This document shows positions 41,314 to 56,620 of a stretch of DNA of 64,000 nucleotides, one piece after another. Every line of letters begins with the position of its first letter. Within the stretch, counting starts at the first letter, position 1. The notes under the pieces are model-generated. The model did no database searches and was not told the origin of the DNA. It saw only the letters and a list, made by a program, of their open reading frames with translations. A program made the translations under genes and the position numbers. The stretch is from Chrysomallon squamiferum (lineage: Eukaryota > Animalia > Mollusca): assembly GCA_012295275.1 (NCBI GenBank), contig CM022665.1, positions 12,400,001 to 12,464,000 of the forward strand, read 5' to 3'.

Positions 41314-43639
41314 CGTTGTCAAGAACATGATTCTCATTATTATTATCTTTATTATTACCATCATCATCATTATTATTAATCACAGTGATTATTATAGTAA
41401 CATAACATTTTAATGGGTTTGTGCTTGGGTGAAATTAGAATCTAGGACTGCAGCATGTCAATACTTTGAAGCTTGTTATCTTCTCTAGATTTAATCTTTT
41501 TTAATATGACCATCTGTCATATTTCCTAGCCGACAGACATAGCTAAAGATCCATTTTCTACTTTATATGCGCCATTTGCAGTGAAATATTTGTCAGTCTC
41601 AAGGCCGACGATATTTCTGACAACAGCAATGAACAGTGCTTTATGTCAGTTATATATATACGATACTTCTACAACTACTACTACTACTACTACTATTACT
41701 ACTATACTTGGTATGTTGCTTCCTCTTCTTCTTCCATTTCTTCAATTTATTTTATTGTAACACCTCTTATTTTACGTGATTTTCTACTAGCAGTACTGCT
41801 ATAACTACTGCTACTTTTTCTGCTTTCTCTTCCCTGCTCTTCCTAGCACTATTACTACTTCTGTTTCTACATATTCGTTCCCTACTACTACTACTGATTA
41901 TTTTTCTTCAATTTTTTTTTTTAACTAAGCCAGTGATAAACTCAAGTTTGTAGTCGCTGGATAATGAGCCTGTCATTACTTTCTTGTTACAAACACTTAC
42001 TAGTCACGCAATCAAAAGACAGCAAACTGTGTGGAAAATACTGCGTTGTTTCCGTTTTGCACACGAAAATCCGTGATTGACTTTGGTTCAATCTTCTTAG
42101 GAAACGAAATCCTAAACTATGCCATGTAGCGGAGAGACCAGTGACTTTTATGAACTCTAAAAGCTATTGAAGGCCAAATTGATAATTATTGTAATTTCAG
42201 ACTAAAACTGAATCCCCTATTTCTGTTTAGAAGCACAATTAGTTTGTCTGTGTCTACCAAGATTGTATGTAACACATTTTATTTTTCAGTTCAGCAAAGT
42301 CACGATTTTGCAGGTGCCGCTTGATGTTCTTGAGAAAGTTCTTTTTCGAACAAAACTGAACTAATATGTTGATGACGTCATTTCTGATAACTGTTTTTGT
42401 AAAAGGGGATTCAAATGCAACAGCAAGATCTCTTAAAACAGCATATTTACGGTGCTGGGTGATATATAAAAATAAAAGGAATAAATAAATAATCAAGAAC
42501 TGAAATACGAAATTTAAATAATTGAAATAAAATAATTAACTAGATTTAAAAACGAGAATGCAAAAACAACAACAACAACAACAAAACAAAAAAATCGCAA
42601 TTTTGATTATTACCTATTTACTTGCTGTTTAATTAGTTAAATACTTGTAATTCAAATAAATATTCTGAACTAGCTACGATCCAGACTGAAAAATGGAGCC
42701 TTAATTTAACCGTCGTGCTAAGTGCCTGAAAAATCCATAGGCTGTCATTTAGGTTTTACTAGCAGAAAATACACCTCATTCGTTTTGAATGTAAGCTAAA
42801 TTTTAACAAGTTCATCGCCCTCAATAGCCAAATAATTGAGCAGAAATCTCATAATGCTTTTTACTTCCACGTGCAAAGCTTGGGGATTATGGGATCGAGA
42901 TATTTTGCTAAACAAACTGAAAGATATATGAGTTAAGTCCCCTTACTGCGAAATCTTTTATCGTTTTATGCCAGTGACTGATTTGCTTGACAAATTTGCC
43001 GAAATCTTTGTGACACTAAAATGTCGAAATATCAGTTCATTTATCTACTTTCATCACTTTAAAAATTAGCGAAGCAAGAAAGGGTGTTTTATTGTTGGTG
43101 GTGTTAATGTGAATTTAATCTTTCTTAAATTAATTATTAGCCTTAACAGTGCAGAATGTATAATCAATAATAACAAATGCTTATGTATTTATTTATTTGA
43201 GAGAGCAAGACAGTTTCCAGAGAGATTTTGTTGGTTTTTTTTCTCCTAAAATCATATGCAAAAATTCATTTTTAATTTGTTCGCTGTAGACATTCTAAAC
43301 ATTTAAAATGACTTAACAATTTTTTTTTTTACAAAACGTAGATAACCGTGATAATGGATATCAATTACCTGATCTGAATTATCTTTTTATTTGCTTCTGT
43401 TGTTACTGATATCTTCTTTTTTTTTTTTTTTTCCACCCTTCCCTCCCCCCTATACACACACATACACACACTGTTTTATTTCCTTTCACTATTCCTAGTT
43501 GTTAGTGCAGCTTATTTTGCAAGTTTGGAAGACAGATTACTTTGATAGATGGTTAAAATCAATGTACTCACTGGAGAATAAAGGCGACATTGTGAGTGCT
43601 TTTTAGACAAGTCATGTATCTTTACTGAAATTACCAATT

Positions 43640-43714
43640 ACTGCCTCTGTCTTCCTCTCACTCTCTCTCTCTGTCTCTCACTCTCTCTCTCACTCTCTGT
43701 CTCTCTGTCCTCTG

Positions 43715-43771
<57 letters not shown>

Positions 43772-44166
43772 CTGTCACTGTCTCTCTCTCTCTTTTTTAT
43801 ATGTCTGTCTGTCTGTCTCTCTTGTCTCTCTGTCTCTCTCTCTCTCTGTCTCTCTGTCTCTCACTCTCCTCTCTCTCTCTGTCTCTCTCTCTCTCTCTGT
43901 CTCTCTGTCTCTCCTCTCTCCTGTCACTCTCTCTCTCTGTCTCTCTGTCTCTCCTCTCTCTCTCACTCACTCTCTCTCTCCTGCCTTCTGTCACTGTCTC
44001 TCTCTTCTTTTCTTTTTTATCTGTCTGTCTCTCTCTCCCCCTCTCTCTGTCTCTCTCTCTTTTACCTGTTTGTCTGTCTCTTCTCTCTCTCTCTCTCTCC
44101 CTCTCTCTCTCCTCTCTCCCTCTCTCTCTCCCCTCCCCTCTCCTCTCTTTTATGTTTGTCTGTCTG

Positions 44167-44216
<50 letters not shown>

Positions 44217-44307
44217 CTCTCTCTCTGTCTCTCTGTCTGTCTCTCACTCTCTCTCTCTCTCTCTCTCTCCTGCCTGTCTCTGTCTCTCCCTCTCTTTCTC
44301 GTTTTTA

Positions 44308-44400
<93 letters not shown>
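43640..44400. repeat. Complex (CT)n/(CTGT)n polypyrimidine tract, about 760 bp
   Basis: Almost purely pyrimidine on the + strand, with recurring ttttat-(c/g)tgtctgtc junctions. Confidence 0.95.
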
Positions 44401-44401
<1 letters not shown>

Positions 44402-44868
44402 GTGCATACGTACGAAAACACACAAACACATCTCATCAAATTATTTTCAGACGCACCTGTTAACACCAGTTTTATTTCTATTAAAAACAAATTTAAAATA
44501 TATCTTTTAAAATCGCTCTCAGCCAGAGGAGCTCTAGTGCTTCTTTTTTCTTCTTTTTCTTCTTCTTCTTCTTCTTCTTCTTCTTCTTCTTCTTCTTCTT
44601 CCTTGTCGTCTCCTTAATAACATTGTTTGTTAACACTAGAAAAACACAGTCAGCCACAAGAAGAACAGGATATGAACTTCCTTGTCCTTAATGTGTTTCG
44701 GTATTTCGGGAACGAACTGAAACGAAACAAAAGACAAATTTGCATTACGAGAACATTTGTCAGAAGAACGGCACTTGTTGGTATTTCTCTAAACCGAATC
44801 ACGTCTCTTGATATCTGAAGGAAGAAAAGAAAAGATGAAAGAAGAAAAAGAGAATCCTAGAGTTTCTT

Positions 44869-44917
<49 letters not shown>

Positions 44918-45767
44918 GTTGGCAGGGGAGTCTTTATTTATATTTATTATTATTATTATTTTTTTTTTTTTATTCTGTTGTATAGTTTCTCTTTTATTTA
45001 TTTGTTTATTTAGTGGGTTTTTCTTTTTGTTGTTGTTGTTTTGTTTTGCTTTGTTTCTGACAATTATGACGAATTTCAAAAATGTAAAATATGTATAAAT
45101 GACCCTTACATTTAGCGCTAAACGAAAATGAAATGATTCTTAAAACAGGTTTTGTTGTTGTTGTTTCTTCTTTGAAGTTCTTGCATCTGAATAGTTAGCA
45201 TTTCTGACATTTTCTTTTCTAGATGTTTAAAGTTGGTTTTGACAGGAATGCGTATCTTTTAAATATTTTATTTTTTTTTTTTTTTTTTTTTTTTTTTCTT
45301 TTGTTCCTATCATTTTAATAATTTAGGAGCAAAAAGAACTTGTACACGACTGTTTTTATACAGTTATTTAACAAAATTTCAAAATCATTTAACAATGAAA
45401 GATGTGCAACTTACAGACTACATCGGCTAAACTTTAATGGCGTTCTTACGTGTAATCCCTACGAAAATAACCAACTGACTAACTAATCTATGAATGAATG
45501 AAACCTTGGGTATTTGCTTAACGATACTGCACGATATTTTGCTATTACGTCAGACGTATATGAATCTCATCGATAAGCATTATGGAAACTTTTCTTATTT
45601 CTTGTAGCCATTTTTAATAGTTTCTAGAGCAGTGGACGGGCCGGGAAATTATCCAGTGGTATTATTGTAATATCAGTTATATTTTTTTTTTTACTTTACA
45701 AGTTTTAACTACTAAACGTTGATTAATTATGATGAAAGCCAATATATATTATTTTTATTATTATTAT

Positions 45768-45814
<47 letters not shown>

Positions 45815-46016
45815 TTGAATGAAATTTAGTTAATTTAAATATCGGAAGCGTGTTTTTTTCACATTATAATGTTATGATTCAAAAGATATCCGAATATCCG
45901 GCATCGTCAATTACATACAGACAATATTTTAATATTCTTGGTCTTTCTTTATCTTATTATTATTATTATCATCATCATCAGTGTTGTTGTTGTTGTTGTT
46001 GTTATTTTATTTTTTT

Positions 46017-46048
<32 letters not shown>

Positions 46049-46950
46049 ATTATAATTTTGTTGTTTCCTGTTTTGTTTTCTTCTCAATATTACAAAGTTC
46101 TTTTCTCTTCTGAACCAGTAACTGTAGCACTAGTTAAACATGGATATTTTTCTCCAGTTTATTTTTCTTCTTCGCGTATACGTATAGATATAAAATGATA
46201 GTCACCTTCTATATCATTTTCACTACACCTCTGACATTTTCACTGTGTTTTTTAATTTTTTCAATTCAGTATCATCTGCCTTGTTCAACATACAACTGAC
46301 TCTTGTAAAATACTTATTACTAATAAACTGTACAGTAGTAAAAGTGTTCAGCTGTCGTTTAGTGGGTTGAATTGCGTCTTTCTGAGGCCACACAAAAAAA
46401 AAAAAAAAAGTACAATTACCCACGTGTATTTTATTCAAGATTAAGATTAAGTATTTTTGCTAGACTTCCTGGTAAAATCTCGATATGTTATTCATCGTTA
46501 ACAAATTTGTCGTTTGTAACCTTTTAGTGAAGGTTCAGTAATGTGTATCGTCTTCTCTAGTCAAAGGTCAAGCGAAAAATGTTATTCTTTAATTATTTAC
46601 ACAAGCTCACCGCGCGGTAATTATACGGATGGCAGCATTAAATGATAATGATAAATTGTTTTGTAAGGTTATGTTAGTGCTTTTCCTCTTCTTGCCTTTA
46701 TTTTATTTCTTTACTATCTTTTTTTTTTTTTTTTTTTTAAGGATAAAAGGTTTACAAATCTTAAGACGTCCATCTTGTGCAGTCAAGGTAGATGGAAAAT
46801 AACTAATCTTTTTATAGATATATTTTTAAATAATTTTTTTTTTTTTTATTTTTTTTTTTTTTTGCAATATTTTGGAACTCGTCAATCAAACAGCAGCTTG
46901 TATTGGCATTCTGAGACCCCATCATGCGATGTGATTTTATGTAAGCAGTA

Positions 46951-47000
<50 letters not shown>

Positions 47001-47128
47001 ATTTATATATATATCAGTTAATTACCTATTCTCAAATGGTGGTTTTTCTTTTTTTTTGTTCATCAGTAACTAAGAATTGATTTCACAATTTCATTTTAAC
47101 TATTTATTTATTTATTTATTTATTTATT

Positions 47129-47171
<43 letters not shown>

Positions 47172-47641
47172 TTTTAGATACCATCATTTGTTTTCCTTAG
47201 GTCACTCTATTAATCATTATTAAATGAAGGAATATTTCTAGAATGGGAAAAGACAGAAATGGTCAGATTAAGGAGGAATGAACCTGCGTTCTATTCTGAC
47301 CACTGAATTTTATCTGCCTGATCTTACTGTATGAAAGTCTTATGTATATGATTTTGTGTTCGGATTGTTTCTCCACGTTGCATAGTCTGAAAGCCCCTTT
47401 CGAAGTTCTGTTCGCATGTTATTACTGATAATTTGTCATTCTTAAAAGCAATTATTTTATTTATATCCGTGAGAAAACCATTTAATATATTCTTTTTTAT
47501 GTAAGGCTATCATTCAAAACCTAACACAGATACAATTTTAGTGAAAAAAACTAATACAGAAAACTAAACATCTTAAATTTCAGTGACAGTTATTATTAAT
47601 AATGTCTGGTGAAAATTTAGCGCTACATGATTACTGGAAAA

Positions 47642-47682
<41 letters not shown>

Positions 47683-47814
47683 AAGGTGCGTTTGGAGGTA
47701 TATGCAGGTATGTATGTATGTATGTGTGTATGTGTATATGTATAAATGCATGTATGTATATTTGTATGTATGAATGTGTTTATGTGTAGACAGACAGATA
47801 GATAGATAGACAGA

Positions 47815-47874
<60 letters not shown>

Positions 47875-48448
47875 TAGATAGATAGACAGACAGACAGATA
47901 GATAGATAGATAAATTTAAAAGGGCCACAATATATAAAAATCAGAAGAGAAAAAAACAAACAAATCCTGGGTTTAATGTACGTCATCAGCAAACGCAGTT
48001 TGTTCAGGAAGTTTGCGTATTGCCCCCTTCTGGTTTTAATATGTCAGCTCGGCAGACGGAGAATCTTTGGCGCCTCTTCTTGACCATAATAAAGAAAAAC
48101 GTCAATAATGAAAAGACCCAATGGCTACTTCATGTTTGCTTTTATAAATGAATGCGTATTTCGATAACACTTTGAAAAAAAAAAAAATAATAATAATAAT
48201 TGCTTCATTTTTTTTTTCGTTTGGTTCTCCACAAAATTATGGGAAAATTAAATAACGATTCAGAAGATAGATGATGTTTAGTAATTTCACTGATAATTGT
48301 AATTATATCAGACCAGCATGTCAGTACGAAGGTTAAATGTGTTATGTGATTGTAAAATCTCGTAAATAAATCGGTGTTAGTAACGTGAAAAGTATCTGGG
48401 TTTTTTTTGTCATCAATTAATGACTTAACTGATAGTTCGTAATAATAA

Positions 48449-48504
<56 letters not shown>

Positions 48505-49100
48505 ACAGTAGTAATAAAAATGATAATAATAATAATAAACAATACCGTGATATGTAAGGAATAGTTTATTTTGGTGTTAATTTATTTCGGTTTTGTTTAT
48601 TTTGTTTTTGTTTTATTTTTATCATCTTCTTTTTTTTCTTTTCCTTTTGAATTCTCTCAAGAAGTAGTTGATTTGTTTACCTTTATTTCTTTTCTTTTTT
48701 GTATAACTTAATGTGAAATAATATTTTATTGTGATTGTAATTTATTAACTGAAAGACTTGTTTGGTTTTATTTATTTTGGAATTTTGTTGCTGCAGCTTA
48801 TTTTTCATAGCTTCCTTTTTATCGTGTCTTGTTTTAACTTACATATTTTGGAATTATCCAATTTAAAACATAGATGTTTGTTTATTTTTTCTTACATTTA
48901 CCTCTTCTTTTTTTTTTTTTTTCTTTTTCTTCATGTAGCTAAACAATTACAGTTACTAAATTCTTTGCTTCCGATGCCAGAACCACGATTCGACTCAGAA
49001 ACACACGTAATTTATTACTATTGAAAAAACGACATCCTAATGTACAGCAATTCCAAAAATGTTCTGACAATATTTCTTTGTCTTTAACTAGGTTTTTATG

Positions 49101-49135
<35 letters not shown>

Positions 49136-50181
49136 GTTTTTTTTTTTTTTGTTATACCTTGAGCAACATTTCCTACCAGAATTACTGAATTAGTTTTCTA
49201 CATGAAAGTATGCTGAATCCCAGAAACATTATTTCAAGATGTCTGCCAAATGACACGTACAGTATTTATCTTCGATTACAAAGTACACGGCAGTGTGATA
49301 GTTGTAACTGATTTTAGGGCAAGAGTTGACGATGTTTTTGGTGGTTTGGAGATGGATGTTGAATTTTTTTTTAAATGCAGATTATTCTCTTCTTCGGGTT
49401 TTGTTTCAAAGGGAGCTATTACGTGTCCGTAACGGCTGCTGTTTGTTATTGTTAGTAGTAGTTGTTGTTGTTGTGTAGTAGTAATAGTAGTAGTATTTGT
49501 TTTAGCTATTTGTGGGAGTTTTTTTGTATTGTTGTTGGTTTCTTTTCTTTTTTTTCTATTTTTGTTTTTGTTTCGTTTTTTTTTTATGTTTATGTGTATG
49601 TCGCAGATATTTTGTTTTATGATGTTGTTGTTGTTATTGTTTTGGGTGGGGTTACTTAATGAAAGGTTCTTTTAATTTTGATTCCAGGCAGTCTTAATTT
49701 TTGTAAAGAATTTCTATCATCACTAATCTCTTCTGTCTTTTTTTTTAAATTATTATTATTATTATTATTATTATTTTTTACTGGAATCACTGTTTTCGTT
49801 TACATATATATTTTGTTGTTGTTTTCTAAATACCGTGTATTTGTGCATAGTTTGTGTCACCAGTAAAATGTATCCCTGGAATTAAACTTTCCTAAACTAA
49901 AACCAACTTTGTGTAAAATGATCAGTAAAAGAAATTACTGCTGTTCTCCTTGTTTGTTTTTTTTTTTTTTTTTTTTCTTTTTTGTCCTCTCCAACCCACT
50001 ACCCGAACATTTATATATACAAAGAAAATATAGTAATTTTCAGTCTAGACTACTACAACTTTAAACAAGCAGATTTTAATTTTAAATTGTATTAAATTTC
50101 CTCTGAAATTCTGTAAACTGAAATGACTGTTATCTTAAATGTAAATTCGTCAGTATATAATTTTCTAAGAGAATTATTATT

Positions 50182-50219
<38 letters not shown>

Positions 50220-53200
50220 TATGGAGAAAATAAATTGTTTGAATCGTTGCTGTAATTAAATTTGTTTTTGTGATTGTTATAGCGATTGTTATATAGTTTT
50301 ATTGTATTAGTAATAGTTGAAGTAGAGGAAGTAGTAATAGCAGTTATAGTAGTAATAGTAGAAGTAGTAATGTTAGTACTTGTAATAGTAGTAGTAGTAG
50401 TAGTAGTAGTAGTAGAAATAGTAGTAGTACTAGTAATAGTAGTAGTTGTAGAAATAGTAATAGTAATAATAACAGTAGTACCGGAGTAAGGAATCAGAAC
50501 TAGGTGCAGTAAAAGTAGTAACTTTATCAGTAGCACTAGTAGCAATAGTTATAGTTGTTAAAATAAAATTTATTATTATTTTTATTTATTTTTATTATTA
50601 TTATCATCATTATCACCATCACCATCAGCATCACTATTATTATTATTATAAACAAAATTGTTCTACATTTTAAGGCTATTTTTCGCAAAGTTCCTGTCGC
50701 CTTAAGAAGCCGTAAAAAAACCTAATTTGGTTTATTTGCGATATTCGTCAGATAATGACAGATGAAAGCGGTGGCTTTGATTTTTGCCTATTCTGCTTCC
50801 AGCTTCATCTTAGAATCCCTTCTAGCATGCTTCTGTATTTTTGTGCCTTGGGTATGATCTTCACAATTATGGTTTTTAAAGTAATTAACCTGCATTACGT
50901 ACATAATGAGAACGTGACTTTGAGGGTCGTTTCGGACTTTTTTTTTTTCATCCAATTAATCTTCTGCTTTTGCGTTGTATGAGGTAGCCACTTGAAAGTT
51001 GTTTTAACAAAGACATGAACAGAATATTTTAAAAGATATTTATGTGTGTCGTTCATGTATTTGAATGCACAGTAGATAGATAATGCATCACAGCCACAAA
51101 ACAAAAGCCTGACTACAAATAACCTTTTAGAATTATCACGATATATAAATTTGTTGAAATAAATTTCTTTTTTAATAGTTAAATATGTAATAAGTTTCCT
51201 GTTTTTCGTTAGGCTGGACTGCACATAGGCCAGTTCTTTGGGGGGATTGTTAGTTTGGTTTGGTTTGGTTTGTTCTAATTGTTGTCGTTTCTATATATAT
51301 ATATATATATAGAAGATCACTTCCTACTTAGCAAAAAGAATAATTAGCCCAGTGAGTAATACCAGCAAATTTCCTTTTTCGGATATTAATTTACAAAATA
51401 TATTTTTGTCTGACACCTAAAACCAATTAATATTAAAATGATGTGAAGTTAAGGAATTAATTTTGTGAAAGTTATTTGAGGCTACTATACAAAAGCATTT
51501 TCAGCGCGTTGTACTAATATCCATAGCCCAATGGCTGAACCTTTCGGCCACAACAAGATATAAGAAAAGTCGTTTGTTAGTACAAGATGGCATTCTTTTC
51601 ACAAACAGTATATGTATAGTACGTATTAATGAGATGTTCAAACCTCTTCTCTTATCTCAGACACACACACACACACATATGTATATCATAACATTTAATT
51701 TAAACTATCTGGGAAGTCATTCTAGATACTGAATTGCATTTCAAATAAAGGAATGCTGCTGCTGCGGATCACAGCTTGTTCACTCTGACGTTTGTTTGTT
51801 TGTTAAAAAAAAAAAAACATAATCTAAAATGTACCAGTTTCTGACGATTGTTAGTTCGTGTAACTCGTACTCTTCTGCAAGATCAGTCAACTCTTCTGAA
51901 CATTTGCTCTAACCTGGACCATGACCCTGCAGTCAAGACGGCTGTGTACTTCTACAGTCCTGTCAAAAGTGAATTGATTCTCGTCAACAACGTGCGACGA
52001 TATCGTGCATCACTTGTCACAGAAAATGAACTTCTGTCCAGAGATGTTAGTATTTGCATGTTTGATGAATGAAATGACGAAAGTATCGAATGCTCGGCGA
52101 TCGTACATAATTTCGTCAGTAAACGTCTGATAGATTTGCATTTTTGCCTTTATTTCGTTCTCTTGTTCGCTTATTACTTCTTCATCTTCACCCCCTAAGT
52201 ATGTGTTATCGTTGTTTATTAAGTATTATAAAGTACATATTTGGCTTATTTCTTCATCATCACAACCCCTGAAAAGACATTATTAACCTTTTTTTTTTTT
52301 TTCTTTTTTTTTTTTTTGTTAAGTATTTGCCAAGTGTACCAAATTCACGTGTTTATACATACATTTATGTCTTATGTTATCGTACTTTAACATTTAAAAA
52401 AAAACCTGTAACTTTGACACCTAATAAACATATGAAGATTTCATCAAACTAGGGTCTTATCAATATTAATTTTCGGTTCGAATAGCTTAAAGAATAATCG
52501 AGTGTATCAGATGCAGTTTATGAAGGAATACTCAACTCGGTAAAGGCAATGAAAAAAAAAAAAAAAAAAAAAAAATTCACTGCAGTGAGAGTACGTCCAG
52601 TGATTAACATGATTACTCAGGACTGATCAACAAAGTTAAAAATACGTATGATAAAAGTATTATTTGATTAATAGGATATTTTAAAGTAGGAGCTAGTTTT
52701 GTTGTTGTTGTCTTTGTGTGGGTTTTTTTACTCCGTTTATTGTTTAATTAATGTTAACAGTTGGCCAGACAGTTTGTCCCTGTTTTTCTAATTGTCCGAA
52801 CATTGTAATATTCGAAATTCCGAAAATCGAATGTTCGAAGCTTCGAAGGGCTCTACGTCAATTCACTTATTCATTCCTAATAAGTTTATCTTATCTTTCA
52901 CTTTTTACCCCACACAGATCTTCATTTCTGTTTCATTTCTTGCTTTTTCCACTTCTTTCCTTACCCACCTTTTACTTCCACGGAGATACAGTAAACACAC
53001 ATGCATATGTTCATGTCATTCTTAATTTTTAAATGTCTACGTTTATATCAGCATGATGACTATAACGAAAAAACAACCAAAAGCAGAACAAATGCCAGAT
53101 ACATGAAGTAAATACATTTTGAGCTCCTGTGAGCTTTCATTTCAGTTATATTAACTATATAATATATCAATGTTTGAATGTTTGAAATATTTTAATTGCA

Positions 53201-53247
53201 GTTTTCCTGCCTTTTATCAAGTTCACGTTTATCGCTGATTAATTATA

Positions 53248-53306
<59 letters not shown>

Positions 53307-54306
53307 ATATCTGTTCTTTATAAAAGTATGTTTTTGCTTTTTTTCTTTATTTATTTTTTTTTTAAAAAGAAGAAAACGAATGAACAGCAATTTCCAACGA
53401 TCTTAACTAACAACAGCAATTCCTAACACACTGTTACTATAATATTACCATCTAAATGGATCTGTACTTTCAGACAAAGCAATTTACCATCCATTTCTTT
53501 CCTCCATTGTCAGCCAAGCACAGAGTTAATATTACATGCTTAGAAAAGAAGCAGAAGATAAAACACTTACGAAGAAACTTTTTTCTTTTGGATACTCCAT
53601 ATCTCTTTACTCTGAGCTGTGATTTTTATCGTAAATTAGCTAACGTCTGGTATTCTACGTGGAATGTTAGACATTTTTATAGCGCTTGTTCTTAATTCGA
53701 TAAGATAGAAGAGCTTGTATTTGTTCTGGATAAATTTATTGTCGTGTTTTTCTCTGCTGTTTTATAATGCTTTAATTTATTTTAAAAGGGAACGGAAGCG
53801 AATATCTGTCTAACTAGCACCTTCGGTGATTGCTTAATCACCGTTTTGTAGACATCGAAGAGTCGATAATTACGACTAACTATGCTGATAATGAAAACGA
53901 AATTAGAGTAATTTGTATAACGGCAAACGACTTGCAAGTGTTGAAGAGAATTTAGGGAAAACACTCTAAGAAATAAAACGTATTTAAAAGAAGTCTCTTC
54001 AGTCTAAATGCAGCTGTTTTTAGCCATAACTCTTAATGTAGGAGGTACAATGACCGCACCCTATCTTCGCAATTGTAATAAAACTAAAGTCTCGTCTCTC
54101 TCTAGCTAATCCTGAGAAAAGATAAAAAGCCATAACAACGTTTTGATCAGATAACCAGTATCTTGTATTAGGTGTTTAAAGGAAACATGTTGTTTAAAAT
54201 AACTCACTGATATTAAAGAAATTCAGGAATATTTTTATTGTAATGTTTTTCTTTATTTTACTGTTTGTTTTATCCACATAATTATTGAACTATCGCTGGA
54301 TCAACA

Positions 54307-54436
<130 letters not shown>

Positions 54437-54580
54437 TCTGGGTTTTCTTTCTTCAGATTTTTAAACAGGTTAAACCAAATAGAATATCAAACTAACAGTT
54501 AAATATTCTAAAATTTAAAAGAATGCTGATTATTTTTTTTAATGATGTTGCTAATTATTTAAATGCTTTTTATTTTGCAG

Positions 54581-54712
54581 TTGCTGTTGTAGTTGCTTTC
54601 TTCTTGTGTTGGGCTCCATTCCACGCTCAGCGGCTGATGACACTGTACGTCAAACAAGAAAGTTGGACACCCGAGTTGCTCATCATTCAAAGTCATCTGT
54701 TCTACGTCTCAG
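54581..54712 (+). CDS. Internal coding exon (TM6, ECL3, start of TM7) of the same GPCR
   Basis: Acceptor ttttattttgcag| with a branch-like gctaat about 28 nt upstream; donor TCAG|gtaac. The exon is 132 bp, phase 1-1. It encodes VAVVVAFFLCWAPFHAQRLMTLYVKQESWTPELLIIQSHLFYVS, containing CWxP and the FHAQRL signature. It joins in frame with KML-G| of the previous exon. Confidence 0.95.
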
Positions 54713-55162
54713 GTAACAACAACAACAACACTATCACCACGAAAGCATTAACAGTAACAACAGTAGTCATTGCACCACCACGATAACAACAACAACAAAC
54801 AATAACAGTATCACCACTAAAACACTAACAGCAACAGCAATAGACATTGTACCAACAATAACAACAACAAATAATAATAATAGTATTACCACCATGAAAA
54901 CACTAACAGCAACAGAAACAGCCATTGTACCAATAACAACAACAACAAACAATAACAGTATCACCACGAAAACACTAACAGTAAGACCAGTATCACCAAG
55001 AAAACAATAACAATAACGACAACCATTACAGTAAAAATAATATCAGCTACATAACGAAATTTGCAACAATAGTATTAACAACAACAATTGTAATTTTACT
55101 ACTTAATAATAATGAAAACAACATCATCATCATCATAATTATCATCATCATCATTATCATCA

Positions 55163-55211
<49 letters not shown>

Positions 55212-55220
55212 TTAATAAAG
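54713..55220. repeat. AAC-rich minisatellite (about 85-90 bp unit, roughly 3 copies) followed by (CAT)n(TAT)n
   Basis: aacaacaacaa...tatcaccac.aaaacactaacagcaacag...cattgtacca recurs immediately after the exon donor. Confidence 0.8.
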
Positions 55221-56194
55221 TAACAATACCAACAGTAGCAAAAATAGAAGGTTGGACCATTTAAAAAATAAAGATTATATACATGTATAAAGAAAGAAAA
55301 AAGGATTTTGGCAGACGAACGATGGATTGATGGATTGATGGAAGAACTGAATATTTATACTCGTCCTTTTTTTTACTTAATCTAAGAACTGAAAGGTGGG
55401 TGTATACATTTGTGTGTGTGTCTGTGTCTGTGTTAATTTATTTCTGTTTGTCGAGATTTAAAGGATTGCATTATTCAAGAAATGAGTGTTATTATATACT
55501 AAAATACACCTGAAAGCTAGTTCCACTTAGAAAAGAAACGCTTAACATTTTTGAACTTACGTTAACCAGTGTTAGCACTTATCTCCCCTGAAGTGCTCTT
55601 TTCAGCATAATAACATCACAACGCTTTGTCTTTGAGAAGACCCGTAAAAATCTAATTTACGTTTGCTTATGACAAAGAACCATAATATCAGTTGTTTTCC
55701 TTTGAAGAGAACCTTGGAGCAAATACAGCATTTGGGAAACACTTAACGGACTGTTGTTTCGACACACTTCAATTAATGTGTAATTATGCATAACAGCTTG
55801 CAAGAAACATTATTGCTGCGTGTTACTTCAAAAGAAACAATCGATGTGTTTGTGTGATAACCGTACAGTCACGTACAAGAGGAATTCAAAGAATACACTG
55901 AAAGAAATTATATGTAATGTGTTTGTATAATAAGCTTTAAATGTTGTTGAAAAACGATCAATGAAAATACCTTTGGCGCGTAGGTGTAAATTCGAAAACG
56001 ACATTAGGTTTGTTTCATTGATATGATAGCTAAATAATGGGTTAATTTTCGTGATAGTTGTTCAAGATGGTGGAAAAAATCCCGGATGAGTGACCGATTA
56101 ATATTTAATGTTTGACGTTTTTAAAGTAAAACAACTGTTTTTATTAATAATGATAATAATAATGTACCAAGTTCAAATAATGTGGCCATTACAA

Positions 56195-56224
56195 CTCTCT
56201 TTCTTTTTTTCACTCTCTCTCTTT

Positions 56225-56322
<98 letters not shown>

Positions 56323-56338
56323 AGAAAAAGAAAGATAG
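56195..56338. repeat. Near-perfect palindrome (CT)n-(TA)n-(AG)n with complementary flanks
   Basis: ctttctttttttcactctctct...(TA)n...agagagagtaagaaaaagaaag. Confidence 0.85.
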
Positions 56339-56620
56339 ATCTTTAAACATCCATATATCCATTTATTTTTCTCTTTATATTAAATATCAGCCTACAGATA
56401 CTTATATCAAAACAAAAACAAAAGTGTTTATATTACAAGCGCCAGTCACACACACATACACACGCACACACATTCAAACAAATACACACACAATTCACAC
56501 AGACACTCGCATACATACACATATATACACATGAATACATACATACATACATAGACACTCACATTAAATAAAGAAACGCTATCAAATAAATATTTAAATC
56601 TGATTTTTTTTCTCTTTCAG

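Larger units (their letters stand above)
54713..56620 (+). other. GT-AG intron (1,908 bp, phase 1) within TM7
   Basis: gtaac...ctttcag; the join reads FYVS-G-VFYF. Confidence 0.92.

Noticed and set aside
43775-44617. SL/ER-repeat ORFs
   Set aside because: Translations of CT/GA simple repeats; the same applies to similar ORFs near 3.1, 11.2, 35.7 and 60.6 kb.
51848-52072. 74-aa non-repetitive ORF in the large intron as an extra receptor exon
   Set aside because: No GPCR motif or convincing splice sites, and the flanking exons already join without missing sequence.
52808-52850. TTCGAA-rich patch with the palindrome ttcgaagcttcgaa, possible heat-shock element
   Set aside because: Does not form three correctly phased nGAAn units, and no partner TIR was found.
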